Positions 61,129 to 64,000 of a stretch of DNA of 64,000 nucleotides are shown piece after piece. Each line of letters begins with the position of its first letter. The first letter of the stretch is position 1. This DNA comes from Camelus ferus (Eukaryota). The notes beneath the pieces are model-generated. The model was not told the origin of the DNA. It ran no database searches and saw nothing but the letters and a program-made list of their open reading frames with translations. The stretch spans positions 64,792,001 to 64,856,000 of the forward strand of contig NC_045696.1 of NCBI RefSeq assembly GCF_009834535.1. Direction: 5' to 3'. Both the position numbers and the translations under genes were made by a program.

Positions 61129-63729
61129 AAATAGAATTTACAATCTATTTTTCAAGAATGACCCCAAATCTTTCAGGAAATAGAAGAGGAAGCAATTTCA
61201 AACTCAGTTTATGAGGCCGACATAACTCTGTTACTAAGACCTGACAAAAATATGATAATTCGTACAGACATAACAAATAGCCACACAAAGTCCTTAACAC
61301 AACATTGACAAGTCAAATCCAGTAGTTTATAAAAAGGATAATAAACCACAGCTAACTGGAATTTATCCTTGGGAAACAAGGTAGGTTTATCCTTTGAAAC
61401 TCTTAAATCAATGTAATTTACCAAACTGGCAGAATATAAAGATTTAAAAGCGACATGATCATCTCAACAGATACAGAGGAAAACATTGACAAAATTGAAC
61501 ACCCATTCATGACGAAACAAAATAAAAGTCCTCTCATCAAACTAGAAATGTAATTAACTTTCTTAATTTAATAAAGACTGTCTACCAAAAAAACTATAGT
61601 TTACATCAAAATGAGTGGTTTATTATTGAATGCTTTCCTGCTAGAATGAACAATAAGGCAAGGATGTCCAGTTTCACTGGTTCTATTCACTATAGCGCTG
61701 GAGTGTCTTGCCAAAATAAAAAGGCAAGGAAATGGAAAAAATAATCTATAATGCTGAAAATACACACACTTCGTCATTCTTCTACTCTGAGACAAATGCT
61801 GTAGCTGAAACTCTTGCACATCACCAAGAGGCACATGCAAAGATGTTTAGACAGCATTGCATAGCAAAAGTCTGTAAATGACCCAATTTTTATCGACAAT
61901 GTAGTGGATAAATGAGTTTTAGTAGATTCTCATAATAGAATATTATAGAGCCATGAAATGAATTCCTTAAAGCTATATGTTACTGTATGGATGAATCTTA
62001 GAAATAGATTGCTGAGTTTACAAAAGCAAATTGCACAAGATTAACTGCATTGTACAAAATACCTGGGATGCCAAACCAGATCATGACATGTTCTTCTGTG
62101 TGGGCGTTTTAGTAACCATATAACTTAGTGATCTCCGAAAGTCCCCAACGTTACTTATGTCTAGTCATTAGATACCCGCGGGCCCAACAACCATCACAGT
62201 TTTTTCCACGACAGCCCCCTGCTTAATAGTCACAAGGGCACCAAATGAATTCTAGGTGTTATAGGCTGGTTTCAGTTCTCAGGGTTGGGTTCCGCCAGCC
62301 TTTAACATCTTTTGTGTTGCCGAGCATGAAGCATAGTGTGCTGTCAGACTGGTAATTCTCATAGTCCTTCCATTCCTTCAGTTCTTCCCCACAAAGCCTG
62401 ATGTTATCATCTTGAAATCTTGTCTCTTGATACTGTCGATGGTATAATACAAAGAGGGTTGCTAGAAAGTCGAGAGTTTTGGATTCCATTCCTGGTCATT
62501 CTCTGTCCCTACTTTGTGACCATGGGAAGTTCTCTAAATATTTACCAGTAGGCACTGTCAGTGTGGAAACAATTGTGTTTGCGTTTTGGCAATAAAACAT
62601 AACAGAAAAGATTTCCTGTCCTGAGTGGTGTATAGCTCCTAGAGAAGTGAAGAGAGATACATACATGGTGACTGTAGAAGGCAGAGCACAGCACACATTT
62701 TAAGGGAAGCACAGATCATTCTATGGGGCGTCCACTGGTGGAGCAGTCACATTTCATATTGTTAGTGGAGACGAGGAAAAGCCTCGTGATTGAGGTAATA
62801 TTTGAATTGGGAGTAGGAAATGTATTCCAGGCAGAGGAAAGCTCATGCACAAAGGTCCAGAGGTGTGCTGAGCATACACGACAAGCTTAACCAGAGATGA
62901 GTGCTTTGGATGAAGGTTCTGGAGACCGAAGGAAATACAGGCTCAGCGTAGACATCGGTGTTTTTGATCAATTTGAAATTAAGACCATTGGCTATAGATG
63001 CTCTATGATCTATTCACTATCAGAAACTGAGATGGGTCCATGACCAACTTGAACTCTGGATGCCTAATCCACTGAACTGTATTATATTGAATTTTCTTTA
63101 GATTCTAGTCTTAGAAGCCAATTTTTCTTTATGTGCTAAATAAACAAACCTTGACTACTCTGAAGAGTCAAGCATCTTTTTTATTCTGTTTTATTTTCAT
63201 TTGGTTTATTTGGATGAGTCATAAGTATCTGATGACATTGTGTTCATTACAGTTGTGCAGTAAGTTTACCGAAAGTTAAGATGCTGATCTACCTACTGTC
63301 CTCTGTTGAGTTTTACCTGTGGTTTGTGTTGAGTTTTACCTATGTTCAGTTTTATTTGTGGTGAGTTTTGACCCTGGCTTCCAGAATTCACTTTATGCTT
63401 AAAATTGGACATAGCATCAGTCTTCACTTTTTGCTCCATATAGGGTCCTGCAAACTTATCTCTGTGTAATAGTCCCAATACAGCATATACTACGGTGGGA
63501 TGCTTTTGTCTTTGAGTGTCTAAGAGAATGAGTTGGAAGGGGATTGCTTTAAAGAGACACTGAGGTTAATCATTTTATAGAATTTCTTTCTTTCTTACTT
63601 GATGTGCTTTCTATTCCTGGAAAGACTGTTTTGGTATAGTGGAAAAAGCATGAGATTTTGGAATTAGAAGATCTAGGTTTTGGTCTTGACTTTGGGCTGC
63701 AGTTGAATTTCTTCATGTTGTAAGATGGT

Positions 63730-64000
63730 TTATTAGTTAGGATCCAATCAAGAGATAGGAACCACACAGTAATTTGAAAAGGGAAAGTTTAGTATAAGAA
63801 CTATTAACTATAATGTGAATTGAAGTAACAGGGAATTGGCTCATAAGAAGTAAAGGGAGTTCTGTAGAAGTAGAAATAGCGTATATAAGGAGCAGCTGCT
63901 ATTCATGGGGCTAAGGAAGAGCCTTCCACCCCCAGCCCAGGCTCGGATCCAGACCTCTTTGGAGAAGGCATGGCCATAGCTCATGGGCTGATGGAAAAGT
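63730..64000 (-). mobile_element. ERVL-type LTR, running off the window
   Basis: tattagttaggatccaatcaagagataggaaccacacagtaatttg...tttagtataagaactattaacta. Confidence 0.55.

Larger units (their letters stand above)
59800..62060 (+). mobile_element. Ancient L1 (L1M-type) with decayed ORF1 and ORF2 pieces
   Basis: aaattaaaaattcagtggatggtttg...gagatcttcagagcagccagagagaaaagac...catgatcatctcaacagatacagag...ataaggcaaggatgtcca. Confidence 0.8.

Overview
Mammalian genomic DNA, not prokaryotic: AT-rich, CpG-depleted and dense in interspersed repeats. Four copies of a tRNA-Ala-derived SINE with an 'AATAAACCTAATTACCTCCCCC'-type tail suggest a camelid (inference). The only clear gene-related landmark is a two-lobed CpG island (~3090-4460) with outward-facing splice donors on both strands. 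This fits a bidirectional promoter, with a - strand gene leaving the window to the left and a + strand transcript with a very long intron or a divergent lncRNA. I could not recognise any host protein-coding exon and name no gene. The remaining ~59 kb is a mosaic of MIR, L2, L3/CR1, old and young L1, MaLR/ERVL/ERV1 LTRs, hAT DNA transposons and microsatellites. Repeat subfamily names come from remembered consensus similarity, and boundaries of old elements are approximate. I see no convincing evidence for a new biological system. The best leads are an unexplained ~86-nt hairpin (553-638), AG|GT recursive-splice-like motifs on the + strand, a 5'-inverted L1 with a very large gap, and a 1.1-kb Charlie-type transposon with both ends and a transposase remnant.
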